Shown: piece by piece, positions 45,178 through 55,049 of the stretch
Position numbering within the stretch: the stretch's first letter is position 1
How the letters are laid out: the number at the start of each line of letters is the position of its first letter
Assembly: GCA_045585895.1 (NCBI GenBank)
Contig: JAZMZI010000011.1
Coordinates: forward strand, 8,468 to 72,467
DNA: 64,000 bases
Direction of reading: 5' to 3'
Origin: Eubacteriales bacterium
GTDB lineage: Bacteria > Bacillota > Clostridia > Oscillospirales > CAG-272
Notes under the pieces: generated by a model
Databases searched by the model: none
Told to the model about the DNA's origin: nothing
Seen by the model: only the letters and a program-made list of their open reading frames with translations
Position numbers and translations under genes: made by a program

Positions 45178-47874
45178 ATGGAAAACAGAACTTACGAGAT
45201 CGTAGACAGCGTGGAGAGCTTGCATGAGGCTCTTGCCCGTGTAAGAACGGCGCAGAAGAAATTTGCGACCTACACTCAGGAGCAGGTCGACAGGATCTTT
45301 TTGGCGGCTGCGTCTGCGGCGGATAAGGCAAGGATAAGCCTTGCGAAGCTGGCAGTGGAAGAAACGGGAATGGGTATCATTGAGGATAAGGTGATAAAGA
45401 ATCACTATGCCGCAGAGTATATCTACAATGCGTACAAGGATACCAAGACCTGCGGTGTTATCGAAGAGGATAAGGCTTTCGGTATCACGAAGATAGCGGA
45501 GCCTATCGGCGTGGTTGCCGCAGTTATTCCTACCACGAATCCTACTTCTACCGCGATCTTTAAGTGCTTATTGGCACTTAAGACCCGTAACGCGATCATA
45601 ATCAGCCCTCACCCCAGAGCCAAGAGAGCTACTATTGCGGCGGCAAAGCTGGTTCTTGAAGCGGCGGTTGCGGCGGGCGCTCCCGAAGGGATCATCGATT
45701 GGATAGATATTCCTTCTCTTGAAATGACTAACACCGTAATGAGGGAAGCCGATATAATCCTTGCTACAGGAGGTCCCGGAATGGTCAAGGCGGCGTATTC
45801 CTCGGGAAAGCCCGCTCTCGGTGTCGGCGCAGGCAATACCCCCGCGATCATCGACGACACGGCGGATATTCTTCTTGCGGTCAACTCGATCATTCACTCC
45901 AAGACCTTTGATAACGGTATGATCTGCGCGTCGGAGCAGTCGGTTATCGTTCTTGAAAATATATACGACACGGTAAAGGCGGAATTTGCCGCAAGAGGAT
46001 GCTACTTCCTTGATCCCGCCGAGACCGAAAAGGTCAGAAAGACTATTATCATCAACGGTGCGCTCAACGCGAAGATCGTTGGTCAGAAAGCGGCAAAAAT
46101 AGCAGAGCTTGCGGGAGTTTCGGTTCCCGTGGGCACGAAGATACTTATCGGTGAAGTAGAGAGTGTAGAGCTTTCCGAAGAATTTGCTCACGAAAAGCTT
46201 TCCCCCGTACTTGCTATGTACCGAGCAAAGAGCTTTGACGACGCCCTCGATAAGGCAGACGTTCTCGTTGCGGACGGTGGTTACGGACACACCTCCTCGG
46301 TCTATCTCAACGAGACTACCGAAACCGAAAAGCTTGCTAAATTCTCGGCTCGTATGAAGACCTGCCGTATTCTCGTTAATACTCCCTCCGCACACGGCGG
46401 TATCGGAGACCTTTACAACTTCAGACTCGCTCCCTCGCTCACTTTGGGATGCGGAAGCTGGGGCGGTAACAGCGTTTCCGAAAACGTAGGTGTCAAGCAC
46501 CTCTTAAACATTAAGACAGTAGCCGAGAGGAGAGAAAATATGCTTTGGTTCAGATCCCCCGAGAAAATATATATCAAGAAGGGTTGCCTTCCCGTAGCGC
46601 TGGATGAGCTTCGCTCTGTCAGAGGCGCGAAAAAGGCATTCATCGTAACCGACACGTTTCTTTATGAGAACGGTTACACCAAGCCCATCACTGACAAGCT
46701 TGACGAGATGGGTATTCAGCACACTACGTTCTGGAGCGTTCAGCCCGATCCCACTCTTGCAAACGCTATGGAGGGCGCGGCTCAGATGAGAGCCTTTAAG
46801 CCCGATACTATCATAGCGCTGGGCGGTGGCTCGGCTATGGACGCGGGAAAGATCATGTGGGTGCTTTACGAGCATCCCGAAGCAGACTTTATGGATATGG
46901 CAATGAGATTTATTGATATCCGTAAGAGAGTCTATACTTTTCCCAAGATGGGTGAGAAGGCGTACTTTATTGCAATCCCCACCTCGGCAGGCACGGGTTC
47001 AGAGGTCACGCCCTTCGCAGTAATTACCGATGAAAAGACCGGCGTTAAATATCCTCTTGCCGACTACGAGCTTCTTCCCAATATGGCGATCATTGATACC
47101 GATTTTCATATGTCGGCTCCCAAGGGGCTTACCGCCGCTTCGGGTATCGACGCAGTAACTCACGCAGTTGAGGCGTATGCCGCAATGCTTGCCACCGACT
47201 ACACCGACGGGCTTGCGATTCAGGCTCTCAAGAATATCTTCAAGTATCTTCCCAGAGCTTACGATAACGGTCAGGCCGACGTGGAGGCAAGAGAGAAGAT
47301 GGCTAACGCGGCAACTATTGCGGGTATGGCGTTCGCAAACGCATTCCTCGGTGTATGTCACTCTATGGCTCATAAGCTCGGCGCGTTCCACCATCTGCCT
47401 CACGGAGTTGCCAACGCTCTTATGATCGAGGAGGTACTTCGCTTCAACGCAAGCGAGGCTCCCGCGAAGATGGGTACGTTCTCACAGTACGATCATCCTC
47501 ATACTCTTGAGAGATACGCCGAGATAGCAGACGCGCTTTGTCTTGGCGGTAACACAAACGAAGAAAAGCTTGAAAACCTTATTAAGGCAATAAACGATCT
47601 GAAGGCTCGCGTTGGAATCAAGGCGACCATCAAGGATTACGGCGTCGATGAATCCGACTTTCTTGCCCGTCTCGACGATATGGTAGAGCAGGCATTCGAC
47701 GATCAGTGTACGGGTGCCAATCCCCGTTATCCCCTTATGAGTGAGATCCGTCAGATGTACCTAAACGCGTACTACGGAGATCATTTTACCGAGCAGGAGA
47801 TGCCCGACAGAGATATTATAAGCGTTGAAGTCGATGCAGTCAAGGCTCCCTACCTCAAGGGCAAAAAGTCGTAA
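45178..47874 (+). CDS. adhE: Bifunctional acetaldehyde-CoA / alcohol dehydrogenase
   Basis: 898 aa. N-terminal aldehyde dehydrogenase domain ([10 protein letters not shown] catalytic Cys region). C-terminal Fe-ADH domain ([10 protein letters not shown], histidine cluster). RBS AGGAGG. Confidence 0.95.
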   Translation: MENRTYEIVDSVESLHEALARVRTAQKKFATYTQEQVDRIFLAAASAADKARISLAKLAVEETGMGIIEDKVIKNHYAAEYIYNAYKDTKTCGVIEEDKAFGITKIAEPIGVVAAVIPTTNPTSTAIFKCLLALKTRNAIIISPHPRAKRATIAAAKLVLEAAVAAGAPEGIIDWIDIPSLEMTNTVMREADIILATGGPGMVKAAYSSGKPALGVGAGNTPAIIDDTADILLAVNSIIHSKTFDNGMICASEQSVIVLENIYDTVKAEFAARGCYFLDPAETEKVRKTIIINGALNAKIVGQKAAKIAELAGVSVPVGTKILIGEVESVELSEEFAHEKLSPVLAMYRAKSFDDALDKADVLVADGGYGHTSSVYLNETTETEKLAKFSARMKTCRILVNTPSAHGGIGDLYNFRLAPSLTLGCGSWGGNSVSENVGVKHLLNIKTVAERRENMLWFRSPEKIYIKKGCLPVALDELRSVRGAKKAFIVTDTFLYENGYTKPITDKLDEMGIQHTTFWSVQPDPTLANAMEGAAQMRAFKPDTIIALGGGSAMDAGKIMWVLYEHPEADFMDMAMRFIDIRKRVYTFPKMGEKAYFIAIPTSAGTGSEVTPFAVITDEKTGVKYPLADYELLPNMAIIDTDFHMSAPKGLTAASGIDAVTHAVEAYAAMLATDYTDGLAIQALKNIFKYLPRAYDNGQADVEAREKMANAATIAGMAFANAFLGVCHSMAHKLGAFHHLPHGVANALMIEEVLRFNASEAPAKMGTFSQYDHPHTLERYAEIADALCLGGNTNEEKLENLIKAINDLKARVGIKATIKDYGVDESDFLARLDDMVEQAFDDQCTGANPRYPLMSEIRQMYLNAYYGDHFTEQEMPDRDIISVEVDAVKAPYLKGKKS

Positions 47875-47892
47875 ATCAAGGAGGAAAGAGAA

Positions 47893-48642
47893 ATGAAACT
47901 TGACAGAGTAATTGCAGTAAGAAATAATAAGACCGTTTATCGCGACGGTGACAGATGCGTTAAGGTGTTTAACGCAGAGTATTCCAAGGCTGACGTGCTT
48001 AACGAGGCCCTCAATCAGGCGAGGATCGAAGAGACGGGACTCAATATTCCCAAGGTACTTGAGGTCACTATGATCGACGGCAAGTGGGCTATCGTTTCGG
48101 AGTATATAAAGGGCAAAACTCTCGCTCAGCTTATTGCTGAGGATCCCGAAAAGAAAGAAGAATATATTGATCTTCTCGTTGACATACAGATGACGGTCCA
48201 CGGAAAGACCTGCCCCCTCCTTAACAAGCTTAAGGACAAGATGAGCCGCAAGATCGCAGAAACCGATTTCGACGCCACTACAAGATACGATCTTCATACC
48301 CGTCTTGAAGGTATGCCCAAGCACACCAAGGTCTGCCACGGAGACTTTAATCCCTCGAATATCATAATTGCCGAGGACGGCACGCCCTATATTCTCGACT
48401 GGTCGCACGCTACTCAAGGTAACGCATCTGCAGACGTAGCGCGCACGTATCTTTTGTTTTGGCTCAACGGCGATACGGAGGGAGCGGAGTTTTATCTTAA
48501 TCTCTTCTGCAAAAAGAGCGATACCGCAAAGCAGTACGTTCAGAAGTGGATGCCTATCGTAGCCGCGTCTCAGTCGGTCAAGGGCAACGAAAAGGAAAGA
48601 GAATTGCTTTCAAGCTGGGTAGGCGTTGTAGATTATCAGTAA
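47893..48642 (+). CDS. Protein-kinase-like fold protein (aminoglycoside/choline-kinase APH family)
   Basis: 249 aa. Catalytic-loop motif CHGDFNPSNIII followed by ILDWS. RBS AAGGAGG. Only 18 nt downstream of adhE. Confidence 0.8.
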   Translation: MKLDRVIAVRNNKTVYRDGDRCVKVFNAEYSKADVLNEALNQARIEETGLNIPKVLEVTMIDGKWAIVSEYIKGKTLAQLIAEDPEKKEEYIDLLVDIQMTVHGKTCPLLNKLKDKMSRKIAETDFDATTRYDLHTRLEGMPKHTKVCHGDFNPSNIIIAEDGTPYILDWSHATQGNASADVARTYLLFWLNGDTEGAEFYLNLFCKKSDTAKQYVQKWMPIVAASQSVKGNEKERELLSSWVGVVDYQ

Positions 48643-48725
48643 TTAAGGTAAGATCACGGGAAGCTCAGAACCATTCGGAAGGGTTTTGAGCCGTTCTCGC
48701 AAAATACATAGAAAGAGGAAAAGTT

Positions 48726-48968
48726 ATGATTAAAATTACGGTTTGTATTGGAAGCTCTTGCCATATCAAGGGCTCCCGTCAGGTAGTAGCACAGCTTCAG
48801 GATCTTATAGCGGAACATGCCCTTTCGGAGAAGGTAGAGCTTGGCGGAACCTTCTGCATGGGCAACTGTCAGAGCGGCGTTTGCGTTACGGTAGACGACA
48901 AATTCTGTTCGGTCACTCCCGAAACCGTTAACGAGTTCTTTGAGCGCGAAGTTTTGGCGAGGGTATAA
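48726..48968 (+). CDS. Thioredoxin-like [2Fe-2S] ferredoxin (NuoE/HymA-like), copy 1
   Basis: 80 aa. Cys pattern CIGSSC (Cx4C) ... CMGNC (Cx3C). Confidence 0.8.
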   Translation: MIKITVCIGSSCHIKGSRQVVAQLQDLIAEHALSEKVELGGTFCMGNCQSGVCVTVDDKFCSVTPETVNEFFEREVLARV

Positions 48969-48970
48969 GT

Positions 48971-49234
48971 ATGATTTTCGTTCAGATCTGCGTTGGCTCG
49001 TCCTGTCACCTTAAAGGCTCACAGGAGATAGTCGAGCTGATGGAGAGCGCAATAAAGGAGTATAATATCGAGGACGAGGTAGTTCTTTCGGGTAGCTTTT
49101 GCATCGGAAAGTGTAACCGTGTCGGCGTGACCGTTCAGGTCGACGATGAAGTGCACGTCGGTGTCACAAAAGAGAATTTCAGGGAGTTCTTCAAGAAGAA
49201 CATACTTGAAGCTATAGAAAAAGAAGGGGTTTGA
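48971..49234 (+). CDS. Thioredoxin-like [2Fe-2S] ferredoxin, copy 2 (tandem paralog)
   Basis: 87 aa. CVGSSC ... CIGKC. 2-nt gap from copy 1. Confidence 0.8.
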   Translation: MIFVQICVGSSCHLKGSQEIVELMESAIKEYNIEDEVVLSGSFCIGKCNRVGVTVQVDDEVHVGVTKENFREFFKKNILEAIEKEGV

Positions 49235-49239
49235 CGGTT

Positions 49240-50919
49240 ATGGCAAATTGCTTGACTTTAAAAAAATCAAACTGCAAAAACTGCTATAAGTGTATTCGAC
49301 ACTGCCCCGTAAAAGCGATACGTTTTTCGGGAAATCAGGCTCATATTATAGGTAACGAGTGCATTTTGTGCGGCCACTGTTTCGTGGTTTGCCCTCAAAA
49401 TGCCAAGGAGATAGTGGACGGCACAGAAAAGGCAAGAGTTTTGCTTCAAGGGGGCGCCCCTGTTGTCGTTAGCCTTGCGCCTTCATTTATAGCTAATTAT
49501 GACGGCATTGGAATTGAATCTATGCGCCGCGCGTTGAAAAAACTTGGATTTTTCGATGTTGAGGAGACCGCTATCGGAGCGACGATCGTAAAAAGCGAAT
49601 ATGAGCGTATGCTGCTTGAAGAGGAGAGAGACGTAATTATATCCTCGTGCTGCCATTCCGTGAATCTGCTTATCCAAAAGCATCATCCCGCTTGCTTGCC
49701 TTATCTTGCCGACGTTATGTCGCCAATGCAGGCGCATTGTGACGACATCAAGAGAAGGATCCCCAACGCCAAGACCGTGTTTATAGGTCCTTGCGTGGCG
49801 AAAAAGGATGAAGCCGAGTACTACGAGGGAATCGTTGACGCGGTGCTGACGTTCGAAGAGCTTACCAATTGGTTAAAAGCCGAGAAGATCGAGCTTGAAA
49901 GGGAAATGGATAATACTCCCGAAAGCAGAGCAAGGTTTTTCCCTACTACGGGCGGAGTCCTTAAGACTATGGCGCAGAATGCTCAAGGCTATACCTATAT
50001 CGCCATTGACGGCGTTGAAAACTGTATTTCTGCTTTAAAAGACATAGAAAGCGGTAAGATACATAAGTGCTTTATCGAAATGTCTGCCTGCGCGGGAAGC
50101 TGTATAGGCGGTCCCGTTATGGAGAAGTATCACAGCACATCCCCCATCAAGGATTATATAATCGTTTCCGAATATGCGGGTGAGCGTGATTTTGAAGTGG
50201 AGCAGCCCGCTCATATGAATTTGAAAAAGAATTTCACGGCAATAGAGCATAAGCTGGCTCAACCTTCCGAGGAGGAGATAGCGTCAGCGCTCCGCCAGAT
50301 GGGCAAATTTAAGGAATCCGACGAATTGAATTGCGGTACCTGCGGTTACAATTCCTGCCGTGAAAAGGCAATAGCCATTATTCAGGGTAAGGCGGAAAGC
50401 TCAATGTGTCTGCCTAACCTCCTTGATAAAGCCGAAAGTTTTTCCGATACCATCGTTAAGAATACCCCCTACGGACTTATCGTTCTTAATGAGAATCTCG
50501 AGGTTCAGCAGATCAATAACTCCGCGTGCAAGATAATGAATATCCGCTCTTCCTCCGACGTTTTGGGTGAGCCCGTCATTCGCATCCTTGACCCCGCCGT
50601 TTTCGCGCAGGTCAAAAACAGTGGAAGAAGCGTGCGAGACAGACGCACCTATCTTGCCGAATATAAGAAATATATCGAGCAGACGGTGGTATACGACCCG
50701 GATTCTCATATGCTGGTCGGAATTATGCGTGACATTACCGACGAAGAGGCAGAGAGAGAAAAGAAGGCGAGACTTAATATGCATACCGTTGAGGTTGCGG
50801 ATACCGTAGTTGAGAAGCAGATGAGGATAGTTCAGGAGATCGCGTCACTTCTCGGTGAGACCGCCGCTGAGACCAAGATCGCTTTGACGAAGCTGAAGGA
50901 GTCTATTGCCGATGAATGA
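49240..50919 (+). CDS. Sensory-type [FeFe]-hydrogenase-like protein (HydS/HfsB-like): 2x[4Fe-4S] plus H-cluster domain plus extra Cys cluster plus PAS
   Basis: CKNCYKCIRHCP and CILCGHCFVVCP. H-domain motifs SSCCHS, GPCVAKKDE and EMSACAGSCIGGP. CGTCGYNSC...C follows. PAS-like TPYGLIVLNENLEVQQINNSACKIMN. The ATG at 49240 is preferred over the TTG at 49231. Confidence 0.8.
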   Translation: MANCLTLKKSNCKNCYKCIRHCPVKAIRFSGNQAHIIGNECILCGHCFVVCPQNAKEIVDGTEKARVLLQGGAPVVVSLAPSFIANYDGIGIESMRRALKKLGFFDVEETAIGATIVKSEYERMLLEEERDVIISSCCHSVNLLIQKHHPACLPYLADVMSPMQAHCDDIKRRIPNAKTVFIGPCVAKKDEAEYYEGIVDAVLTFEELTNWLKAEKIELEREMDNTPESRARFFPTTGGVLKTMAQNAQGYTYIAIDGVENCISALKDIESGKIHKCFIEMSACAGSCIGGPVMEKYHSTSPIKDYIIVSEYAGERDFEVEQPAHMNLKKNFTAIEHKLAQPSEEEIASALRQMGKFKESDELNCGTCGYNSCREKAIAIIQGKAESSMCLPNLLDKAESFSDTIVKNTPYGLIVLNENLEVQQINNSACKIMNIRSSSDVLGEPVIRILDPAVFAQVKNSGRSVRDRRTYLAEYKKYIEQTVVYDPDSHMLVGIMRDITDEEAEREKKARLNMHTVEVADTVVEKQMRIVQEIASLLGETAAETKIALTKLKESIADE

Positions 50920-52084
50920 TCTTTGTGCAGATATAGGATATAAAAGCATCAATCACGTTGGCGAGGAGCTTTGCGGAGACCACGTTGACGTGGTTGAGGA
51001 AAACGAAAATTCCACCGTTATCGTTCTGGCGGATGGACTTGGTTCGGGAGTTAAGGCGAGTATTCTCTCAACGCTGACTTCAAAGATCATTTCCACCATG
51101 ATGGCGGCGGGACTTCCCATTGAAGAGTGCGTTGCGACTATCGCGGCAACTCTGCCCGTGTGCTCGGTTCGCGGAGTGGCGTATTCGACGTTTACCATCA
51201 TTCATCTTCTCAACAACGAAATAGCCGAGATCATCCAGTACGATAACCCCCACGTTATCGTTATAAGAGATCTTGAGGTATACGATTATCCCAAGACCGA
51301 AATGAATATCGGCGGTAAGAAGATATATAAATCCACCGTGAGATTGCAGGAAGACGACGTGTTTATTGCCATGAGCGACGGCTGTCCTCACGCGGGCATG
51401 GGTGCGAAATACAATTTCGGATGGAAGAGAGAGGATATTGCCGACTATATGGTTGCCTGCGTTGCGGGCGGATATACCGCAAAGAACCTTTCGACTATGT
51501 TAGTGGACGAGTGCGATAATCTGTACGGTCATAAGCCGGGAGACGATACCACCGCCTGCGTTGTCAAGATCCGAAAGAGAGAGCCGATGAACATACTTTT
51601 CGGTCCTCCCTCAAACCGCGACGATGCAAACAGAATGATGTCGCTGTTCTTCTCGAAAGAGGGAAAGCATATTATCTGCGGAGGCACGACCTCGTCTATT
51701 GCCGCTAAATATCTTGGCAAGCCTCTTCGCGCAAGTCTAAGCTTTGAGCGAAGCGACGTTCCCCCTATTGCTACGCTTGAGGGTGTCGATCTCGTTACTG
51801 AGGGCGTTATTACTATGAATAAGGTCATCCAGTACGCCAAGGACTATCTCGGAGAGAACGAGCTTTACGAGGAATGGAGCTTCAGAAAAGACGGAGCCTC
51901 GCTTATCAGCAGACTTCTTTTCGAAGAAGCGACGGATATTAACTTTTACGTTGGAAGGGCGGTCAACCCCGCTCACCAGAATCCCGATCTTCCCATTAAC
52001 TTCAATATAAAGATGAATCTCGTTGAGGAGCTTTCAGATTGTTTGAAAAAGATGGGTAAGAGGATCAAGGTCAGTTATTTTTAA
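50912..52084 (+). CDS. PP2C-type (SpoIIE family) protein serine/threonine phosphatase
   Basis: CGDHVDVVEENENSTVIVLADGLGSGVKASILS, SDGCPHAG. The ATG at 50912 overlaps the upstream stop. About 390 aa with an extra C-terminal domain. Confidence 0.8.
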   Translation: MNDLCADIGYKSINHVGEELCGDHVDVVEENENSTVIVLADGLGSGVKASILSTLTSKIISTMMAAGLPIEECVATIAATLPVCSVRGVAYSTFTIIHLLNNEIAEIIQYDNPHVIVIRDLEVYDYPKTEMNIGGKKIYKSTVRLQEDDVFIAMSDGCPHAGMGAKYNFGWKREDIADYMVACVAGGYTAKNLSTMLVDECDNLYGHKPGDDTTACVVKIRKREPMNILFGPPSNRDDANRMMSLFFSKEGKHIICGGTTSSIAAKYLGKPLRASLSFERSDVPPIATLEGVDLVTEGVITMNKVIQYAKDYLGENELYEEWSFRKDGASLISRLLFEEATDINFYVGRAVNPAHQNPDLPINFNIKMNLVEELSDCLKKMGKRIKVSYF

Positions 52085-52101
52085 AGCAAAAGGAGACAAT
52101 A

Positions 52102-53532
52102 ATGCGTAAGTTTGATACTAAAGTACAGCATTTGAAATATAAGGTTTTGCGTGAGGTCGCACGCCTTGCGTGGGAAGATAAGCTGCTTGAGAACGTTATG
52201 GATATTCCCGAAAAGCTTGCGCCCGGTAAGGAGCCTACAGTGCGCTGCTGCGTATACAAGGAGAGAGCGATCCTCGGAGAGCGAGTAAAGCTCGCCATGG
52301 GCGGTGATAAAAATAACCCAAACATTATCGAGGTTATTGATATTGCGTGTGATGAGTGTCCTGTTGGAGGATTTGAGGTTACCAACGCTTGCCGCGGCTG
52401 TCTTGCTCACCGTTGCGAGGATGTCTGCCGTTTTGGTGCTATCACCTTCGATCACAATCACGTAGCGCATATAGATAAGTCCAAATGTAAGGAGTGCGGT
52501 GCTTGCGCAAAGGTCTGCCCCTATACGGCGATAGTCAGCCGCAAGCGTCCTTGCCAGAACGCTTGTAAGGTAAAAGCAATATCCATGAATGAGGATAAGG
52601 CGGCAGCAATCGATAACTCCAAGTGTATCCAGTGCGGAGCTTGTGTTTATCAGTGTCCCTTCGGCGCGATCACTGATAAGTCCTTTATGCTTAACGCTAT
52701 TGATATTCTCAAAAAGAGTGAGCGTAATACGCGCGGAGGCAATTATAAGGTATATGCGGTTGTAGCTCCTTCAATATCCAGCCAGTTCTCCTATGCGAAA
52801 CTCGGTCAGGTAATAACGGGACTTAAAAAGCTTGGTTTCCACGACGTTATTGAAGCGGCTCTCGGTGCGGACATGGTAGCTATGGAGGAGGCTAAGGAGC
52901 TTTCCGAAAAGGGACTTCTCACAAGCTCTTGCTGTCCCGCGTTCGTTCAGTATATCAAGTCTGCTTTCCCAAATCTTGTAGATCATATTTCTCACAATAT
53001 GTCGCCTATGGCGGTTCTTGCAAAATATATTAAGGAAACAACGCCCAATTCCAAGGTTATATTTATTGGTCCTTGCACTGCGAAGAAGGCAGAGGCTCAG
53101 CTTGAGAATGTTAAGCCTTACGTCGATGCCGTGCTTACCTTTGAAGAGCTTCAGGCTCTCTTTGACAGCCGTGATTTTGACCTCTCTGCCTTTGAGGAAG
53201 GCGTGCTTGATAACGCATCCTACTTTGGACGTATCTTCGCAAGAAGCGGAGGACTTACCGATGCGGCTGCACAGGCTATGAAGGAGCAGAATATCGACTT
53301 TGAAATCAAGCCCGTGGTTTGTGACGGAATAGAGGCGTGTCGTATGGCGCTCCTTAAACTCAGCAAGGGTGCGCTTGACGGCAACTTTATAGAGGGTATG
53401 GCATGTATCGGCGGTTGTATCGGCGGTGCGGGATGCCTCACTCACGGTGAAAAGAATAAGGCTGAGGTCGATAAATACGGCAGAGAGGCACTTGAAAAGA
53501 ATATCAGCGATGCTATTTCGCTGTTAAAATAA
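52102..53532 (+). CDS. [FeFe]-hydrogenase, monomeric group-B-like, canonical H-cluster motifs
   Basis: 476 aa. Ferredoxin-like CKECGACAKVCP and CIQCGACVYQCP. H-cluster motifs TSSCCPAF, GPCTAKKAE and EGMACIGGCIGGAG. RBS AAAGGAGA. Confidence 0.85.
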   Translation: MRKFDTKVQHLKYKVLREVARLAWEDKLLENVMDIPEKLAPGKEPTVRCCVYKERAILGERVKLAMGGDKNNPNIIEVIDIACDECPVGGFEVTNACRGCLAHRCEDVCRFGAITFDHNHVAHIDKSKCKECGACAKVCPYTAIVSRKRPCQNACKVKAISMNEDKAAAIDNSKCIQCGACVYQCPFGAITDKSFMLNAIDILKKSERNTRGGNYKVYAVVAPSISSQFSYAKLGQVITGLKKLGFHDVIEAALGADMVAMEEAKELSEKGLLTSSCCPAFVQYIKSAFPNLVDHISHNMSPMAVLAKYIKETTPNSKVIFIGPCTAKKAEAQLENVKPYVDAVLTFEELQALFDSRDFDLSAFEEGVLDNASYFGRIFARSGGLTDAAAQAMKEQNIDFEIKPVVCDGIEACRMALLKLSKGALDGNFIEGMACIGGCIGGAGCLTHGEKNKAEVDKYGREALEKNISDAISLLK

Positions 53533-53557
53533 TTAATATAAAAAAGGAGATTTTGAA

Positions 53558-54706
53558 ATGGCAAACAGATTTGTACTTAACGAGACCAGCTACCACGGCA
53601 AGGGTGCTGTCGCCGCAGTTGCAACCGAGATTCAGGCAAGAGGATTCAAGAAGGCACTTGTGTGCTCCGATCCCGACCTTATTAAGTTCGGCGTAACCAA
53701 GAAGGTAACAGACGTTCTTGATGCAGCGAATATCGCATACGACGTGTTCAGCGACATCAAGCCCAATCCTACTATTGAAAACGTTCAGAACGGTGTTGAG
53801 GCATTCAAGAATAGCGGCGCGGACTGTATCGTTGCTATCGGCGGCGGATCTTCTATGGATACCGCTAAGGCTGTGGGTATTATCATCGAGAACCCCGAGT
53901 TTGCCGACGTGAGAAGTCTTGAAGGCGTTGCTCCCACCAAGAATAAGTGTACTCCTATTATTGCGGTTCCCACCACCGCGGGTACTGCCGCTGAAGTTAC
54001 TATAAACTACGTTATCACCGACGTTCAGAATAACCGCAAGATGGTCTGCGTAGACGTTCACGACATCCCCGTCGTTGCAGTTGTTGACCCCGATATGACG
54101 GCTACTATGCCCAAGGGACTTACCGCCGCAACGGGTATGGATGCTCTTACTCATGCTATTGAGGGCTATATCACCAAGGGCGCTTGGGAATTAAGCGATA
54201 TGTTCCATATCAAGGCTATCGAAATCATCGCAAAGAGCCTCAGAGCCGCAGTTGACAATACCGACGAGGGCAGAGAAGGAATGGCGCTCGGTCAGTATAT
54301 CGCAGGTATGGGCTTCTCCAACGTAGGACTCGGTATCGTTCATGCTATGGCGCATCCTCTCGGTGCACTTTACGACACCCCCCACGGTGTAGCAAACGCT
54401 ATCATTCTTCCTACCGTTATGGAGTATAACGCTCCCGCTACCGGTGAAAAGTACAGAGATATCGCCGTTGCTATGGGCGTTGAGGGCGTAGCGGATATGA
54501 CGATTGAGGAAGCAAGAGCTGCCGCTATCAATGCGGTAAAGCAGCTTTCGATTGACGTCGGAATCCCCGCAGACCTTAAGGAGATCGTTAAGGCTGAGGA
54601 CGTCGACTTCCTTTCCGAGTCTGCATTTGCCGATGCTTGCCGTCCCGGTAATCCCCGCGAGACCAGCGTAGAGGAGATCAAAGAGCTTTATCTCAAGCTT
54701 ATGTAA
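53558..54706 (+). CDS. Iron-containing alcohol dehydrogenase (FucO / butanol dehydrogenase-like)
   Basis: 382 aa. IAIGGGSSMDTAKAV. Metal-binding His residues in LTHAIEGY and VHAMAHPLG. Confidence 0.9.
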   Translation: MANRFVLNETSYHGKGAVAAVATEIQARGFKKALVCSDPDLIKFGVTKKVTDVLDAANIAYDVFSDIKPNPTIENVQNGVEAFKNSGADCIVAIGGGSSMDTAKAVGIIIENPEFADVRSLEGVAPTKNKCTPIIAVPTTAGTAAEVTINYVITDVQNNRKMVCVDVHDIPVVAVVDPDMTATMPKGLTAATGMDALTHAIEGYITKGAWELSDMFHIKAIEIIAKSLRAAVDNTDEGREGMALGQYIAGMGFSNVGLGIVHAMAHPLGALYDTPHGVANAIILPTVMEYNAPATGEKYRDIAVAMGVEGVADMTIEEARAAAINAVKQLSIDVGIPADLKEIVKAEDVDFLSESAFADACRPGNPRETSVEEIKELYLKLM

Positions 54707-54716
54707 TATAGTCAAC

Positions 54717-54747
54717 AAAAAAGGCACCCGCGCGGTGCCTTTTTTTG
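54717..54747 (+). terminator. Intrinsic terminator ending the adhE-hydrogenase-adh gene string
   Basis: AAAAAA-GGCACC-CGCGC-GGTGCC-TTTTTTT (stem 54723-54728/54734-54739). Confidence 0.7.
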
Positions 54748-54781
54748 TTGATTTGTGAATTGAGAATTTTGTCGAATCCTA

Positions 54782-54810
54782 TTGACTTTTGCAGAAAAAA
54801 GTAGTATACT
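54782..54810 (+). promoter_or_regulatory. Sigma-70 promoter (TTGACT-N17-TATACT) for the glycine riboswitch transcript
   Basis: TTGACT at 54782-54787, 17-nt spacer, TATACT at 54805-54810. Confidence 0.5.
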
Positions 54811-54844
54811 GAACAAGTTGAACTGAATAGAGCTAAATGAAATC

Positions 54845-54999
54845 AGCAGGAGATAAGGCGCAAGCCTTTCCAAAGGGGTAATACTCTCGGGTGTCTTATG
54901 ACGGAGACTGCTGACGGATAGCAATCTGGAGAAGTCCGCTGTGCGCGGATGCCGAAGGGGCAAGGGTAAAACCGTAATCTCTCAGGCAAAAGGACAGAT
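54845..54999 (+). promoter_or_regulatory. Tandem glycine riboswitch (two aptamers)
   Basis: Aptamer 1, 54845-54912: AGCAGGAGA...CCAAAGGGGTAA...CTCTCGGGTGTCTTATGACGGAGACTGCT. Aptamer 2, 54924-54999: ATCTGGAGAAG...GCCGAAGGGGCAA...CTCTCAGGCAAAAGGACAGAT. It sits upstream of an AGCS symporter, a classic glycine-riboswitch target. Confidence 0.88.
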
Positions 55000-55049
55000 C
55001 TTTTACATTGAATTTTCCACAGGGAGATCTTGTTGTATGTCTTATCGCT

